Below, piece by piece: positions 61,813-64,000 of a stretch of DNA of 64,000 bases (position 1 is the first letter of the stretch; every line of letters starts with the position of its first letter). Both the position numbers and the translations under genes were made by a program. Where the stretch lies: the NCBI GenBank assembly GCA_902475425.1, contig CABRZJ010000002.1:2988-66987 (forward strand), in the 5' to 3' direction. The stretch comes from an uncultured Collinsella sp. Lineage in GTDB: Bacteria; Actinomycetota; Coriobacteriia; Coriobacteriales; Coriobacteriaceae. Below the pieces are notes generated by a model that worked only from the letters and a program-made list of their open reading frames with translations, had not been told where the DNA came from and ran no database searches.

Positions 61813-62607
61813 ATGAATACGTTCATCAGTGCGGTGCTCGTCGGCCTCGTCGGCGTGTTCTGCATGTGGGACTCCCGCCTGCTCGGTCGTCTTAACTTCG
61901 AGCAGCCCCTCGTTGGCGCTACGCTCGTCGGTCTGCTGTTGGGCGATGTGCCCACCGGCCTTGCCGTCGGTGCCGCCGTCGAGCTCGTGTCCATGGGCCT
62001 GGTGCAGGTCGGCGCCGCCGTTCCGCCCGATATGGTCCTGGGCGGCATCGTGGCTGCTGCCTTTGCGTGCCTGACCGATGCTTCCGCCGAGACCGCCATG
62101 ACGATCGCCATCCCGGTCGCCGTCCTGGGTCAGCTCCTCGGCATCGTGTTCCGTTCCATCATCGCCGCCCTCACCCATGTGGCAGATAGCGCGATCGATA
62201 ACGGAAAGTTCAAGACCGCCTACCGTATGCACATCTGCGCCGGCTCCGGTCTGTACGCCATCATGTACTTCCTGCCGATCTTCCTCGCCGTCTTTGTTGG
62301 CACCGACCTGGTTCAGGCCATCGTCAACATGGTTCCCGAGTGGCTGTCCACTGGTCTGAACGTTTCGACCAAGATCATGACCGCCTACGGCTTGGCCCTG
62401 CTGCTCACCATGATGATCAAGAAGGGTATGACTCCGTTCCTGTTCATCGGTTTCCTGCTCGCCGCTTACCTCAACCTGTCCGTCATCGCGGTCGCTCTGA
62501 TCGGTGTGTGCCTGGCTGTCGTCTTCATGGGCTTCAAGTTCAACGGTTCCCATGCAGCCGCCGGTGTCGATTCCGACTACGATCCGCTCGAAGACGACGA
62601 AGACTAA
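61813..62607 (+). CDS. Mannose-family PTS EIIC
   Basis: QPLVGATLVGLLLGD and GAAVPPD. Confidence 0.93.
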   Translation: MNTFISAVLVGLVGVFCMWDSRLLGRLNFEQPLVGATLVGLLLGDVPTGLAVGAAVELVSMGLVQVGAAVPPDMVLGGIVAAAFACLTDASAETAMTIAIPVAVLGQLLGIVFRSIIAALTHVADSAIDNGKFKTAYRMHICAGSGLYAIMYFLPIFLAVFVGTDLVQAIVNMVPEWLSTGLNVSTKIMTAYGLALLLTMMIKKGMTPFLFIGFLLAAYLNLSVIAVALIGVCLAVVFMGFKFNGSHAAAGVDSDYDPLEDDED

Positions 62608-62620
62608 GGAGGAACACACT

Positions 62621-63454
62621 ATGGCAACCGCAACCAAGGACGTGTCCCTGAACAAGAAGGTCAGCCAGTTCTTCTGGCGCTCCTGGGCCATCCAGGCCTC
62701 TTGGAACTACGAGCGTCAGATGAACATGGGCTTCCTCTACGGCATGGTTCCTACGCTCGATCGCCTCTACCCGGATGAGTCCGACCCCAAGCAGCTCGCT
62801 GCTAAGAAAGAGGCTTACCACCGTCACATGGCGTTCTACAACTGCACCCCGCAGACGAGCGCTTTCATCCTGGGCCTCTCCGCCTCCATGGAGGAGGAGT
62901 ACGCCAAGGATCCCGAGAACTTCGATCCCGATTCGATCAACGCGGTCAAGACCTCCCTCATGGGTCCGCTTTCCGGCATCGGTGACTCCTTCTTCCAGGG
63001 CACCATCCGCGTTATCGCCTTTGGCCTGGGCGTTCAGCTGGCTCAGCAGGGCTCCATCATGGGCCCGATCCTGGCCATGCTCATCTCCATCGTCCCCTCT
63101 GTGCTGATCACTTGGTTCGCAGCCAAGATGGGCTATCAGGGCGGCCACGAGTACCTGAGCAAGCTTCAGGGCGGCGACCTCATGGAGAAGCTCATGTATG
63201 TCTGCGGCATCGTGGGTCTTATGTCCGTGGGCGGCATGATCGCTACGCTGATCGGCGCCACCACCCCGCTGCAGTTCGCTGAGGGCACCGTCGTTATCCA
63301 GGACATCCTGGACGGCATGATGCCCCAGATGATCTCCCTTGGCCTCACCGGCCTTATGTACTGGCTCATCAAGAAGAACGTCAACACCGGTTGGCTTCTC
63401 GTGATCGCCATCGTGGGCGGCATCGCCCTCTCCGCGGCCGGCATCCTGGCCTAG
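62621..63454 (+). CDS. Mannose-family PTS EIID
   Basis: QASWNYERQMNMGF and MGPLSGIGDS. AAGGAGG RBS. Confidence 0.93.
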   Translation: MATATKDVSLNKKVSQFFWRSWAIQASWNYERQMNMGFLYGMVPTLDRLYPDESDPKQLAAKKEAYHRHMAFYNCTPQTSAFILGLSASMEEEYAKDPENFDPDSINAVKTSLMGPLSGIGDSFFQGTIRVIAFGLGVQLAQQGSIMGPILAMLISIVPSVLITWFAAKMGYQGGHEYLSKLQGGDLMEKLMYVCGIVGLMSVGGMIATLIGATTPLQFAEGTVVIQDILDGMMPQMISLGLTGLMYWLIKKNVNTGWLLVIAIVGGIALSAAGILA

Positions 63455-63653
63455 TCGCGACCAAGCGTCTAACCGCTTTCCCCCGGGGGCCTGCCTGGCA
63501 TCCCATACCCCAGGCAGGCTTCCATTCCCAAAATGCGACAATGGGACAGTCCCCTTGTCGCATCCTCAACGGGCCGGCGACTCGGTCCAAACCACGGTAA
63601 CCCTGCGAGCGCCCGGCAATGTGACGCCGCAAAAATCGAAAGGAATGTGTCAG

Positions 63654-64000
63654 ATGTACGAGATCGACCTTAACCTCCCTAAGCAGATCGTCGCTGACGT
63701 CCTGTCCAACCACGAGATCCACAGCGTTGCCTTCGTCGGCTGCGGTGCCTCCATGTCCGACCTGTACCCCGCCAAGTACTTCCTGGCCAACAACACGGAC
63801 AAGCTGAACGTTCAGATCTTCACCGCTAACGAGTTCAACTACGACACGCCTTCCTGGGTCAACGAGCACACCTTCGTGATCACCTGCTCCCTCGGTGGCT
63901 CCACGCCCGAGACCGTCGAGGCCAACAAGACCGCCAAGAAGCACAACTGCCCGGTCGTCTCCCTCACCAACAAGGCTGGCTCCGCTCTGACCGTCGACGC
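63654..64000 (+). CDS. Second SIS-domain deglycase-like protein (runs off right edge)
   Basis: Translated by hand: MYEIDLNLPKQIVADVLSNHEIHSVAFVGCGASMSDLYPAKYFL...CSLGGSTPETV. Confidence 0.85.
   Translation, partial: MYEIDLNLPKQIVADVLSNHEIHSVAFVGCGASMSDLYPAKYFLANNTDKLNVQIFTANEFNYDTPSWVNEHTFVITCSLGGSTPETVEANKTAKKHNCPVVSLTNKAGSALTVD

Overview
High-GC chromosomal window from an anaerobic actinobacterium. Gene content and codon style suggest Coriobacteriia, probably Collinsella-like (inference). From left to right: (1) an fhaA-fhaB-pstP-rodA/pbpA-pknB signalling and cell-wall cluster on the minus strand, with RodA and the PBP fused and an extra multi-TM kinase at its head; (2) dnaX-ybaB-recR with a small inserted gene; (3) a second membrane protein/Ser-Thr kinase/FHA module, followed by an IS110-family (IS1111-like) element with 15-bp subterminal inverted repeats and a candidate bridge/seek RNA; (4) pyruvate:ferredoxin oxidoreductase and an AAA-DUF4143-type ATPase preceded by three phased direct repeats; (5) a likely catabolic locus with a split cucumopine-synthase/McbB-like gene pair, an orphan carbamate kinase, an APC permease, an amidohydrolase and LytS/LytTR regulators; (6) tRNA-Asp, Rrf2, a cluster-less MutY-like gene and rubrerythrin, several long intergenic palindromes and a nucleotidyltransferase+HTH gene pair; (7) rmuC, an ABC exporter, nth, mfd and ltaE; (8) a GntR-regulated mannose-family PTS/SIS-deglycase operon, probably for fructoselysine or other Amadori products, running off the right edge. 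Product calls come from motifs recognised by eye, not from database searches.
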